Below are positions 10,127 to 19,205 of a DNA stretch of 64,000 nucleotides, piece by piece (the first letter of the stretch is position 1; each line of letters begins with the position of its first letter). The DNA comes from Gammaproteobacteria bacterium (GTDB lineage Bacteria; Pseudomonadota; Gammaproteobacteria; Eutrophobiales; Eutrophobiaceae): NCBI GenBank assembly GCA_965116495.1, contig OZ220696.1, forward strand, positions 2,208,001 through 2,272,000, written 5' to 3'. The notes beneath the pieces are model-generated. The model worked only from the letters and a program-made list of their open reading frames with translations, was not told the DNA's origin and did not search any database. Made by a program: the position numbers and the translations under genes.

Positions 10127-10965
10127 ATACTGAAGCCAGTAAGCGGCATGTGCTGGGTCTGTCCGGCGGGCGAGACAGCGCGGCCTTGGCCGTATATATG
10201 CGGCAACACCACCCGGAATTGAATATCGAATACTTTTTTACAGACACTGGCAAAGAACTACCGGAAGTCTACGAATATCTTGGTCGTCTTGAAGGTTTCC
10301 TGGGCCAGCCGATATTACGGCTGAATCCAGACCGCGATTTCGACTTCTGGCTCAAGCAGTACAACGATTTCCTACCTTCGCCCCAAAGCCGCTGGTGTAC
10401 CAGGCAACTGAAACTTCGGCCATTCGAACAATGGCTGCGTCCCAAGCTCGAAAATGGGGAAACCATCTACAGCTATGTCGCAATCCGTTCTGACGAAGAG
10501 TACCGCGAGGGCTATGCTTCCAAAAACGACAGGCTCATAGTGCGACTGCCTTTTAAGGAAGTTGGCGTCGACAAGGCCGGAGTGCTCGAGATACTTGACG
10601 GCGCCGGCCTGGGCCTGCCGACATACTACGAATGGCGAACCCGTAGTGGTTGTACCTTCTGTTTCTTCCAGCAGAAAATCGAATGGGTCCGGTTGAAAGA
10701 ACATCATCCTGACGCATTCGAGGAAGCCAAGGCTTATGAAAAGAACTCAGTGGGCCACGGATCTCCTTTCACCTGGAGTCAAGGCGAAGCCCTTGATGAA
10801 TTGGAAAAGCCGGAACGGATCAGTCAAATCAGGCAGGAGCATGAACAGCGTCTGTTACGTATGCGTTGTAAGGTCCAGCCTAATCCGTTACGGCCTGATA
10901 ATGATCCGCTGGATATTGATGATTTATACGGTCGGGCGAAGGTTTGTTTGGCTTGTCATAAATAG
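10123..10965 (+). CDS. sspD: PAPS reductase family protein (SspD-like ATP pyrophosphatase)
   Basis: PP-loop 'SGGRDS', 'DTGKE', 'RWCT', 'SGCTFC', C-terminal 'CLACHK'; ATGA overlap with sspC. Confidence 0.88.
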   Translation: MNTEASKRHVLGLSGGRDSAALAVYMRQHHPELNIEYFFTDTGKELPEVYEYLGRLEGFLGQPILRLNPDRDFDFWLKQYNDFLPSPQSRWCTRQLKLRPFEQWLRPKLENGETIYSYVAIRSDEEYREGYASKNDRLIVRLPFKEVGVDKAGVLEILDGAGLGLPTYYEWRTRSGCTFCFFQQKIEWVRLKEHHPDAFEEAKAYEKNSVGHGSPFTWSQGEALDELEKPERISQIRQEHEQRLLRMRCKVQPNPLRPDNDPLDIDDLYGRAKVCLACHK

Positions 10966-10982
10966 AAACTGGAGAAAGATAC

Positions 10983-11507
10983 TTGAATTTCGATTTACTG
11001 GTAGACTTTGTAAATGAAGCAACCGAAGAAATAGCAAAGTATCAGGTTGAGTTCACCTTGTCTTCCCCGAATATGAGAGTAAACCAATATGTAGTTCCTT
11101 TCCTTAAGTGGGATTCAATAAGTTACGGTGATGCTGAGATATGTAAAGTCCCAAATGACAAACGAGGAATATATGCTTTTGCCATCTGTCAACTGAGTGA
11201 CGTGCTACCGCCTCATGGATACATTCTATATGTTGGAATTGCAGGCCGCGACTCTAAGCGCTCATTGAGAGAACGCTACAAAGACTATCTTAATGAAAAA
11301 AAAGTCATCAAATCATCTCCTAGAATTGCGCGAATGATCGGCACTTGGCATGATGTGTTGCGATTTTTTTTTGCTCCTGTAAGTGATGACGTTTCAGCAG
11401 ATGATCTGAAAAAACTAGAAAAAGAATTGAATTCAGTTCTAATACCACCGTTTTCTGAGAACGACTTAGAGGCAGACATTAAACGCAAACGGAGGGCGTT
11501 TCGATGA
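10983..11507 (+). CDS. GIY-YIG-like nuclease
   Basis: 'RGIYAF...ILYVGIA...SLRERYKDY...LEKEL...PPFS' follows the GIY-YIG layout (GIY, YVG, Arg, Glu). Confidence 0.65.
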   Translation: MNFDLLVDFVNEATEEIAKYQVEFTLSSPNMRVNQYVVPFLKWDSISYGDAEICKVPNDKRGIYAFAICQLSDVLPPHGYILYVGIAGRDSKRSLRERYKDYLNEKKVIKSSPRIARMIGTWHDVLRFFFAPVSDDVSADDLKKLEKELNSVLIPPFSENDLEADIKRKRRAFR

Positions 11508-12763
11508 AAAAATTGAGAAAGATTGTTCTACCTGCAATTCGCGGAATTATGGGTGACTGGGTATATTATTCATGCCTTATGGACTTGAAAGAGTTAAGCT
11601 CAAGAGTTCACTACGCAGAGGAGATTCATAAAAATCAGGCACTCTCAGATATGATTCAAAGAAGGCTAAAGGCCGGACGAAGTGCACAAATTGCTGAATA
11701 TCTCAAGATTCAGCCGGAACGTTTCTTTAATTCTCTCGTCGTTGCAACTTATGGCGGACAGCCTAACTGGCACGCTCTATCTAATGTTAGTGGCAAAACA
11801 GTTAACAATGAATTACGCGATATACGAGATGCAACTATCGCATCAGTCGGATTCTTAACTCTAAGAGGGGATGAAAAACTTTTTGCATTAGACGGACAAC
11901 ACCGGCTTGCTGGTATAAAAAAAGCTATTAGAGATGAAATGGAGCAAGATCCGTTTGATGAAGTATCAGTAATTTTTGTTGCCCACAAAGATACCTCCAA
12001 AGGCTTAGAGAGAACTAGAAGATTATTCACGACCCTCAATAAGACTGCGCGGCCGGTGTCTAAAGGCGATATTATTGCTTTAGATGAAGATGATGTAATG
12101 GCTCTTTGTGCTAGGCGACTTATTGAAGAAACTGATTTCTTTTTCGGGAATCGCATAGCATTCGTAGCAAATAATAACTTACCTGGGGCAAATATCACTA
12201 GCCTCACAACAATCGGAAATTTATATGACATTTTGACTATTTTGTTCACCAATGGGCAATCAGACTTGAAAAAAAGGAAAAGTGATCTACAAAGAGTACG
12301 ACCAAACGATGATATTCTTGAGCAGTACTATAAATATTCTGAGGGGTTTGTATCGCTACTTGGTGAAAATTTCGAAGAGTTATATGAATTTTTCGCTGCC
12401 AAAGATACTACCGCTATTGTAAAAAAATACCGGGGAAATTTTGGAGGCCGCGCAACTTTCCGTCCAATTGGTCTAGATGTATTTACAAGAGTAATAGCTC
12501 AACTCTCAAAAGAGATGACACTCGCCGAAGCTATTAAACTTGTTGCAAAATTGCCTCGAAATCTTTCTGATGCGCCTTACGAAGGATTGATGTGGGATTC
12601 AAACCAAAAGATAATTCTCAACGGGCATAAAGTAACTTTGCGCGAGGTGCTTTTATTCATGCTGGGAAGGAACACCAAAAAATATTCAGAACCGATACTG
12701 TTAGATAGATATAGGCGAGAAACTGATAACAACAAAATAAACCTACCCGAAAAACTAATTTAG
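11504..12763 (+). CDS. DGQHR-domain (DndB-like, ParB/Srx fold) protein
   Basis: 'IQR', 'RFFNSLVVA', 'LDGQHRLAGI', 'RRLFTTLNKTARPV'; ATGA overlap with the upstream gene. Confidence 0.85.
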   Translation: MKKLRKIVLPAIRGIMGDWVYYSCLMDLKELSSRVHYAEEIHKNQALSDMIQRRLKAGRSAQIAEYLKIQPERFFNSLVVATYGGQPNWHALSNVSGKTVNNELRDIRDATIASVGFLTLRGDEKLFALDGQHRLAGIKKAIRDEMEQDPFDEVSVIFVAHKDTSKGLERTRRLFTTLNKTARPVSKGDIIALDEDDVMALCARRLIEETDFFFGNRIAFVANNNLPGANITSLTTIGNLYDILTILFTNGQSDLKKRKSDLQRVRPNDDILEQYYKYSEGFVSLLGENFEELYEFFAAKDTTAIVKKYRGNFGGRATFRPIGLDVFTRVIAQLSKEMTLAEAIKLVAKLPRNLSDAPYEGLMWDSNQKIILNGHKVTLREVLLFMLGRNTKKYSEPILLDRYRRETDNNKINLPEKLI

Positions 12764-12770
12764 CAATAGC

Positions 12771-12943
12771 TGCGTAATCCGGCTGATCGTGAACACTCAT
12801 TCTGGTTGAACGTGAACACCGATTCCGGTTCATCGTGAACACCTGTTCCGGTTGAACGTGAACACTTTTCCGGTCATTTCCGGAATCACTGTTCACGTTC
12901 CCGGAATCACCGTTCACAATCAACCGGAATCATTCTCAACGCA
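12771..12943. mobile_element. IS21-family terminal region / MITE-like remnant without istAB
   Basis: Begins TGCG and ends CGCA; four ~23-bp units (core CGTGAACAC..TTCCGG) followed by inverted units, the multi-repeat architecture of IS21 ends. Confidence 0.7.
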
Positions 12944-13015
12944 TTGAACTTGTAACCCTTGGTAGGCTCTCTCCTTTTTGGAGGAACTTGTCCTTGAAAA
13001 TCTTTTCGCTAGTAA

Positions 13016-13450
13016 TTATGTAACTAGTTTTTCCAATTCATCAAACAAAGACCACAGCGGTCGCTCATCTGGATCAGACATTATTTGAATCAAGTAAGGC
13101 ATCCCAGCATTTGCGACACCTAGGCAATAATCAAAAATTTCCCTGTAATCAGACAAAGACTCTATATCCTCAGTTGTACCTAAGTATGCGAGTAGCATAT
13201 GGTTAATTCTGTATGGGTCAGTAGAGAAAATTGTTGCAGGAGTTGCGTTGTACGTGTCAGCGTCTGGCTCTGGGTCTAAGCCTTTCGAAAGACCTATTAA
13301 AAAAGCCATATACCAGAAATCTACTTGTCTTTTAAATGGGGCATACTCTGGTGTACTCTTATTTCCTCCTGTGCGGCTATAACTAACAACTGACTCTCTA
13401 TATTTGTTAGGTATTTCCACGTTGTATGATGCGAAAGGATTAGCAATCAT
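13016..13450 (-). CDS. Small protein at the end of the helicase/ABC-ATPase operon (PbeD/DndE-like position)
   Basis: 144 aa, directly downstream of the SMC-type ATPase; assignment is by position only. Confidence 0.55.
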   Translation of the reverse strand: MIANPFASYNVEIPNKYRESVVSYSRTGGNKSTPEYAPFKRQVDFWYMAFLIGLSKGLDPEPDADTYNATPATIFSTDPYRINHMLLAYLGTTEDIESLSDYREIFDYCLGVANAGMPYLIQIMSDPDERPLWSLFDELEKLVT

Positions 13451-13462
13451 ATCTAAACTCCT

Positions 13463-15604
13463 TTAAGAAACAGATTCGTTATTTACTCTTTCGCATGTAT
13501 GGCAACGTGATCTATGGTCACAACTGCATCTAATAATGCGAGCATCATTTACTTCCGCCTGGTGTACTAACATTCTCGGGTAGTGTGCAGGATTGGTTAT
13601 CGTATAAACCTTACCAGCCTTTGTATCAATAATGCTTTCAACACCCGCTATCTCGTCGTGCGTCAGGAAGAGAACAACTTGACTACCTTCCATAATGGTT
13701 CGTCGAAGAACAGATCTCTTTACGAAACCAGACATCATCCCTAGAGGGGTATCAATAACATTAGGTGCTTCGACTTGACTTACCTTTGTTAATGCCAAAA
13801 TAAATGCAAGAGTGATGGCCCTACGTGATGCTCCATTCAAATCTTGATCGGGATTGAGTTGGTGACCATTTGGCCCGTACACCAAGATATCGTAGTCTTC
13901 GGTCAACTCAGCTTTTGTAATCAATGTGAGGTCGTTGACCTCGGGCTCAGCACCGATCATCTCTAAAAATATGCGATTCATTTCATCACTTACCTTCTTT
14001 AGCTCTTCTTTCACCAAATGTTCCTCTATTTGGTGGAATATATTTTGAACATTACGTGATAGATTGAGCTTGTCCACAGACGAATCAGTTTTAGTAAGTT
14101 TCTTTTCGATTTTCTTCCTATTATCTTCGGCGTCCCGTTTGCGTTGTTTAGATTCTTCAATCGAACTCTCACGTTGGCCAAGTCGTATTCTCGCCGAATC
14201 CAATTTACGAGATAACGAATATTCCAGTTCTCGGTATTCGTTTAGTGAAGTATCATCTATAGCGTCGCGATCAGCGATGAGCTTCTTCAGTCTTTTTTGG
14301 TCAGCAGAAAGGTCCGACATGAACTCATAAAAATCCTTATTCCGCGAAGCATAATATTGAACCCACCCATCTGAACGCGACTTATCAAATTGTTCGCTTC
14401 TCACTGCGTAGAATAGGCTTGTCGCTGCCTCCTGTAACGCGTCGGAGGCTCGACTGTCCTCTATAGATTCTTGAATTGAGTCCCTTGCTTTCATCCCAAT
14501 TTTTGTTTCTGTAGATAAATCTGCACCACAAAAACACTTGTCACGGCTAAGAAGCTCTTCAAGTATAGGGATATTTACTTTTGGGAGTCGCTTCTTCTTA
14601 CTCATGCCATTTAGAAGTGCTAGACCTTTTTTTGCTGACTTAGATATAAGTACGGCTGATAAATGATCGGAATTAAGCAGGGTAGATATATCTTCTAAGG
14701 CTTTCTTTGAGCCTTGAGTACCACGTTCGATATCTTTTCTACACTTGTTTATGTCCGCTACCAATTTGGATTTGTCACCAAGCTTTAAAGCCTCTTCAAT
14801 CTTTTTTCGTGTGGAATTCAGTGTGCTACTGCCCTCACTGATCTCACTCTCGAGCGTTTTTCTTTCCTTTTCCCACTCAGTAATATCTTCCTCAAATCCT
14901 ACGATGCGATCATTAAATTTTTCAAGCTCTTTTGCATAATCAGTGTCATCAATCCTTGAGCCAAATTTGCTAGCGGCTTTATCGAGGTGGTTAATCGTCT
15001 TATCTAAAATATCGAGTCCTAATAATGCCTCAATGGCATCGCTCACACGCTTTCTTTTTACACCCCGAGTTGCTGCTGCTTCGATGAACGACATGGCGCT
15101 ATCACCGTCAGTAAAATACACATCCTTCAAGGCACCGGGAATACTGCTCTCGATAATTTCTTCCACATCGGAAGCCAATATACGTTCAGACCCCTCGGGC
15201 TTAATTTCAAAGAGTATTACTCCCTCTGCCTCACGGCGTATGTCCCCCGAATCACTAGGATACTCAATACACGTCCTAAGTAATCTGTATTGTTTTTTTT
15301 GGAGCTCATGAGCACTGCGCCCGAGAGTTACTACTTGGTCTGTCTCGAACTCTATCTCTACTGACACCTCAACTTTCTGGATAGTCTCCTTCATATCTGA
15401 AGGGAAAAGGGGGTATTGTTTACCAATACCAGGCAATGCTCTGTTTCCAAAAAGACCCCATAGCAAAGCAGTTTTGCATGTGGTTTTACCAGATTCGTTT
15501 GCAGCTCGTATTACAGTAAGATTTTTCTTTTCGTCACATGAAAAATCCAGTGTGAGGTCTTTCAATAAACGAAAATTATTAATACTTGCTCTTATCAACT
15601 TCAT
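13463..15604 (-). CDS. SMC/Rad50-like coiled-coil ABC ATPase (DndD/PbeC-related, C-terminal CxC motif)
   Basis: 'INNFR', Walker A 'AANESGKTT', 'FTDGD', hook 'CFCG', signature 'LNGASRR', Walker B 'VIDTPLG', H-loop 'LTHDE', C-terminal 'CSCDHRSRCHTC'. Confidence 0.85.
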   Translation of the reverse strand: MKLIRASINNFRLLKDLTLDFSCDEKKNLTVIRAANESGKTTCKTALLWGLFGNRALPGIGKQYPLFPSDMKETIQKVEVSVEIEFETDQVVTLGRSAHELQKKQYRLLRTCIEYPSDSGDIRREAEGVILFEIKPEGSERILASDVEEIIESSIPGALKDVYFTDGDSAMSFIEAAATRGVKRKRVSDAIEALLGLDILDKTINHLDKAASKFGSRIDDTDYAKELEKFNDRIVGFEEDITEWEKERKTLESEISEGSSTLNSTRKKIEEALKLGDKSKLVADINKCRKDIERGTQGSKKALEDISTLLNSDHLSAVLISKSAKKGLALLNGMSKKKRLPKVNIPILEELLSRDKCFCGADLSTETKIGMKARDSIQESIEDSRASDALQEAATSLFYAVRSEQFDKSRSDGWVQYYASRNKDFYEFMSDLSADQKRLKKLIADRDAIDDTSLNEYRELEYSLSRKLDSARIRLGQRESSIEESKQRKRDAEDNRKKIEKKLTKTDSSVDKLNLSRNVQNIFHQIEEHLVKEELKKVSDEMNRIFLEMIGAEPEVNDLTLITKAELTEDYDILVYGPNGHQLNPDQDLNGASRRAITLAFILALTKVSQVEAPNVIDTPLGMMSGFVKRSVLRRTIMEGSQVVLFLTHDEIAGVESIIDTKAGKVYTITNPAHYPRMLVHQAEVNDARIIRCSCDHRSRCHTCERVNNESVS

Positions 15605-15825
15605 TATCGATCTCCTAATTCCTTTATCCGATCTGCTACGAACGAAACTTCATCCATGATGCTCTCGATCATTCGTGATCTAGGGACAGATTCGGAACTA
15701 GCCTCCAACATGTATATTTTGTTGCAAAGCAATTTAATTTTCTCCTTCTGCCCATCAGTCCAGGAATCTGTCGAGTCCACTTCCCGAGAAATCATCTCTG
15801 ATATCTTTTTGTATCCAATACTCAT
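15604..15825 (-). CDS. Small helical protein between helicase and ABC ATPase (PbeB-like position)
   Basis: 73 aa; overlaps the stop/start of both neighbours (translational coupling). Confidence 0.6.
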   Translation of the reverse strand: MSIGYKKISEMISREVDSTDSWTDGQKEKIKLLCNKIYMLEASSESVPRSRMIESIMDEVSFVADRIKELGDR

Positions 15826-17939
15826 TTATCTCTCTCCAGCATAGATAACATTTCATTCATTAATTCAATGGAACCATCACTCTCAAGCCCGTTTGAACTG
15901 AGTTTAGAGAAGAAACTCATGCGCTCAAATTCGTTACGCAGAAGACTTTTAAGATCCCTATCCATCCTCCATGAATCCAACTTGGGTATTACAACAAAGT
16001 CATGTACAACAGCCTTTTCTTTTTGAGTACTGGGTGACAACCGTAGTACTCTGCCCAATCTCTGAACCCATTGACGCTTTACTGTATTACTTGCAAGAAA
16101 ATATGCAGTTTCTGTCTGAGGTATATTAAATCCTTCATCTAAGACACGCTTTGAGGTAAGAACTTGGTACTCTCCAGCTTCAAATGACTGAACTATTCGT
16201 TTTAGAGTCTTGGGACTACTTGTTTCGTCTGCGGTCACCTGATGAAAGTTTACTGCACGTTTAGATAAAAGTTGATTTAGTGCTTCTAACTGCTCAGGAT
16301 TTTTGTCTGTGCAAAAGAATAGTGTTCTTTGAATCTCGTATTTTTTCTTAGGTAAAATTTCAACTAGCCTAGAAATCTTTCCTGAAGCTGCCTCAACGAT
16401 TCTTCTTCTCTGTAAACAGAGCAGTTTCCAACGCTCTTTCTCGGAATTCCCATCATCCAACTCAGCTGCGTAGCTCAATTTACGAATCTTATCTGTTAAG
16501 TCAGACCATTGCTCTTGCTCTTCATAATCAAGTTGAACTTTGTGAACGTGGTAATCATATGGGACAAGGCAGCTTCCAATCGCTTTCTCTAGAGGAAAGT
16601 CATAAACCACGTCTCCAAAGTAATTTATCAAAAACTCAGTTCCACATTCATCAAACTGTCGAACATGAGTTGCTGATAGACCCATTAAATATTTAAAGCA
16701 ATCCCTAGCCTCAGCCTGAAAACCAATGCTTCCTAGGTTGTGAACTTCGTCCCCAATTAACATTATCGGCATAATCATACTGGCTTCTTCCAGAATTACA
16801 GTCAAATCAGACTTGAGTGCCTCATGGGTTAGCACAACAACCTCATTATGAGAGACCTCATGCCTTAGTTTTCTGATTTGTCCCTTAAGCACTCTCTTGA
16901 CTTCTCTTTTGGAAACTCCATAGGTATTTTGTGGAATAACAGAAAATGACCTCACATCATCGGACCACTGATTAAGCAAAGCTTTTGTAGGTACAGCAAT
17001 TACAATGAGTAATTTTTCTTCTCTTGAGCTAACTTTGCTCGCTGCAACTAAAGCGGTAAGTGTTTTACCTCCACCTGTAGCTATCGAGAGAATACCCTTT
17101 CCTTTTTTCATCCACGCATTTATCGCTTCGCCCTGATGTGCATACTCTCCAGTTTGATAATTTAACCATTTCGGGATAATCAACTTGGACTTTATATCTC
17201 CTACTTCACTAGAGCCTAATTCTTCAAGAATCTTGGCATTCAAATAAGATGGCCAGTCGCATACACCGCGTTTCTTCTCATTAATCTCAGAAAGGTATTC
17301 AATTGTTTTTTTATTGACTTCAATAGTCTCTACACCCTCGTATCTACCACTCCAGAGCAACTCGAAAGTCTCTCGAATTATATCGACACCTTGCTCACCT
17401 GCAGTGTTATCAAATTCTTTACTTATACCTATCTGTTCAGTATTTAGTGAAAACCCTTTGCCAGTTGCATTAACTGAACCGTGAATCGCTATTCCGCCGA
17501 ACTCAGTTTCAAAAATCCAACATTTTGCATGAAAAAGCCCTTGTTTCTGCAAACCTAGTTTTAGACTAAGTCGACCCGTTGCAACTAAATAAGCCAATGC
17601 GCTAACAGCTCTTGTTCGGAGATTGTCTTCTGTGAGCTCAAATCCAGGGAAAAGCAAAGAGATTATATTTTCGTTATTGACAATAGCAATTTTTAGCGCT
17701 TTTAAATCTTGCTCTTCTAAGTTTGGACCTACAATAAACCTTATTGAGCTGCCTTTAGCTGCTAAAAAGTGGCTTAATGAGCGGGCTAATTCGCTTAAAG
17801 CTCCACTAGTAAAATATCCACTCATACAAGATATTTTTGAAGCAATTTCAACGATAGGTAGAAATACTTCACGATCGATATCATGCTTGTTAACAAAGTA
17901 AACCGGCTTTAGTTCGGCGATTGTGTTTGAGGTAGTCAA
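15822..17939 (-). CDS. PLD(HKD)-nuclease + SF2 DExH helicase fusion (PbeA-like / PT-associated restriction enzyme)
   Basis: 'GYFTS', 'FHAKCWIFE...HGSVNAT' (HKD-like), Walker A 'ATGGGKT', 'DEVH', 'GLSAT', 'LDEGFNIP', 'QRLGRVLR'. Confidence 0.85.
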   Translation of the reverse strand: MTTSNTIAELKPVYFVNKHDIDREVFLPIVEIASKISCMSGYFTSGALSELARSLSHFLAAKGSSIRFIVGPNLEEQDLKALKIAIVNNENIISLLFPGFELTEDNLRTRAVSALAYLVATGRLSLKLGLQKQGLFHAKCWIFETEFGGIAIHGSVNATGKGFSLNTEQIGISKEFDNTAGEQGVDIIRETFELLWSGRYEGVETIEVNKKTIEYLSEINEKKRGVCDWPSYLNAKILEELGSSEVGDIKSKLIIPKWLNYQTGEYAHQGEAINAWMKKGKGILSIATGGGKTLTALVAASKVSSREEKLLIVIAVPTKALLNQWSDDVRSFSVIPQNTYGVSKREVKRVLKGQIRKLRHEVSHNEVVVLTHEALKSDLTVILEEASMIMPIMLIGDEVHNLGSIGFQAEARDCFKYLMGLSATHVRQFDECGTEFLINYFGDVVYDFPLEKAIGSCLVPYDYHVHKVQLDYEEQEQWSDLTDKIRKLSYAAELDDGNSEKERWKLLCLQRRRIVEAASGKISRLVEILPKKKYEIQRTLFFCTDKNPEQLEALNQLLSKRAVNFHQVTADETSSPKTLKRIVQSFEAGEYQVLTSKRVLDEGFNIPQTETAYFLASNTVKRQWVQRLGRVLRLSPSTQKEKAVVHDFVVIPKLDSWRMDRDLKSLLRNEFERMSFFSKLSSNGLESDGSIELMNEMLSMLERDK

Positions 17940-18329
17940 GAAAACCTTACAGTTATATCTGTGATGCGTAGGTTTTTATTCTTTAGCCCTACAGTTTTTT
18001 TGGAGTTTCCTCGATGAACTGCGCCAGAATTATGGAACATTATGTTATTGGAGAACTACCATAACATTATTTTAGCTCTGCAAATTTTCTGATACTAAAT
18101 CGTATATCTTTTTTACATCATATTCTGAAACAAATCTATAACAATGAAGACTTCAGAAATACCTAGCAAACGTTTTTTATAGTAAGAAATCAATCAAATT
18201 GGTGTCCATCTCCGAATTTCATCTCTGAATTTAGCATGCAGACGCAGCTATACTCCTTTCCGCATCCTAGCCAGCCGCAACAGCTAGCGTTTCATGGGGT
18301 TATCAACCCAGGAAGGGGGGATTAGAGGC

Positions 18330-18795
18330 TCAGATCTTTAAATTCAAAACCCCCTCAAAAACCCCAAACGCCACCTCCCCATACAAACAGAAAACCACTC
18401 TCACCAGCCCGGTTTCTCCCTGCAGGTAATCTATCGTAGCGGATAGCATGATCTCCGCGCAGCGCTCGATCGGAAAACCGAACACGCCGGTGCTGATAGC
18501 TGGGAACCCGACGCTTTTCAGACCGTTTTTGTCTGCGACTCTCAGGCTGTTCAGCTTTGCTTTCCTGAGTTTTTCCTCCTCGTCCCCTTCTCCCTTGCGC
18601 GGGCCGACGGCATGGATGATGCGCCGCGCCTTGAGGTTGCCGCCGCCGGTGACCACCTTTGGCGCGAATGGCGCCGGCCACGCCCGCGCCTAATATGAGC
18701 GAGGCATTGGCCGCATTGACGATAACGTCGGTGTGGAGTTCGGTGATGTCGCCCTCGACGAGTTCCAGGGTTTTATCGTTGATTTGAATGTGCAA
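18330..18795 (-). pseudogene. Macrodomain (ADP-ribose hydrolase, YmdB-like) gene broken by an internal frameshifting deletion
   Basis: N-part '[23 protein letters not shown]' and C-part '[30 protein letters not shown]' are in different frames, joined at about 18655; the usual intervening segment is missing. Confidence 0.8.
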
Positions 18796-18902
18796 TTTTG
18801 AATGCCATTAAAGTCAAGCTTGAGTTTAAAGGTGCTTTCGATCCGGAATATACACACGATTATACGGTTAGAAATTTAGCTTGAATACTTCTCAGGAAAA
18901 AC

Positions 18903-19025
18903 ACAGTTGTAACAAAGACGGTAATCTTGCAGTCCATACGTTGCCTGAAAAACGCGGGACTGCGCTGCTTGATTTATTGTCAACATTTGATGATGAATTT
19001 ATAGAAATTCTTGAAGAAAATTACC
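18903..19025 (+). repeat. 123-bp diverged direct repeat, copy 1 (copy 2 at 20707-20829); possibly an antitoxin gene remnant
   Basis: ACAGTT(G/A)TAACAAAGACG...GATTTATTGTCAACATTTGATGA...TTACC occurs twice and flanks the Fic gene. Confidence 0.85.
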
Positions 19026-19110
19026 AAAACCGGCTTTTACTGCTGCCAACCGTCGAATCCTTACTCTAATTGGCGATATAACACTGAATGCGACTTGAAG
19101 ATCGTTAAGA

Positions 19111-19177
19111 TCAATCCCCTCTGATCCACTCCAGCACCCCGCCCACCCACGGTCCGTCCAGGTCGCCGCATGCCAGG
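19111..19177 (-). pseudogene. Duplicated 3' end of the alpha/beta hydrolase gene (22186-22252)
   Basis: 67-nt ungapped match with 9 mismatches by eye; encodes LACGDLDGPWVGGVLEWIRGD* versus LACGDPDGLWAGRVMEWIRGH*. Confidence 0.85.
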
Positions 19178-19205
19178 CAAGTCGGCGGCCAGCCGCCACC
19201 GGTGA

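Noticed and set aside
5775-10965. BREX type 4 (PAPS reductase/DUF4007 + BrxC)
   Set aside because: No pglZ or brxL nearby, and DUF4007 and PAPS reductase are separate genes flanking the ATPase, as in sspBCD.
12771-12943. Possible CRISPR array
   Set aside because: Units abut at a ~23-bp period with no unique spacers, switch orientation, and there are no cas genes; this fits IS21 terminal repeats.
13463-15604. SbcC/RecN or Wadjet JetC
   Set aside because: No SbcD or JetABD partners; DTPLG Walker B and a PLD-helicase partner point to the DndD/PbeC-like group.
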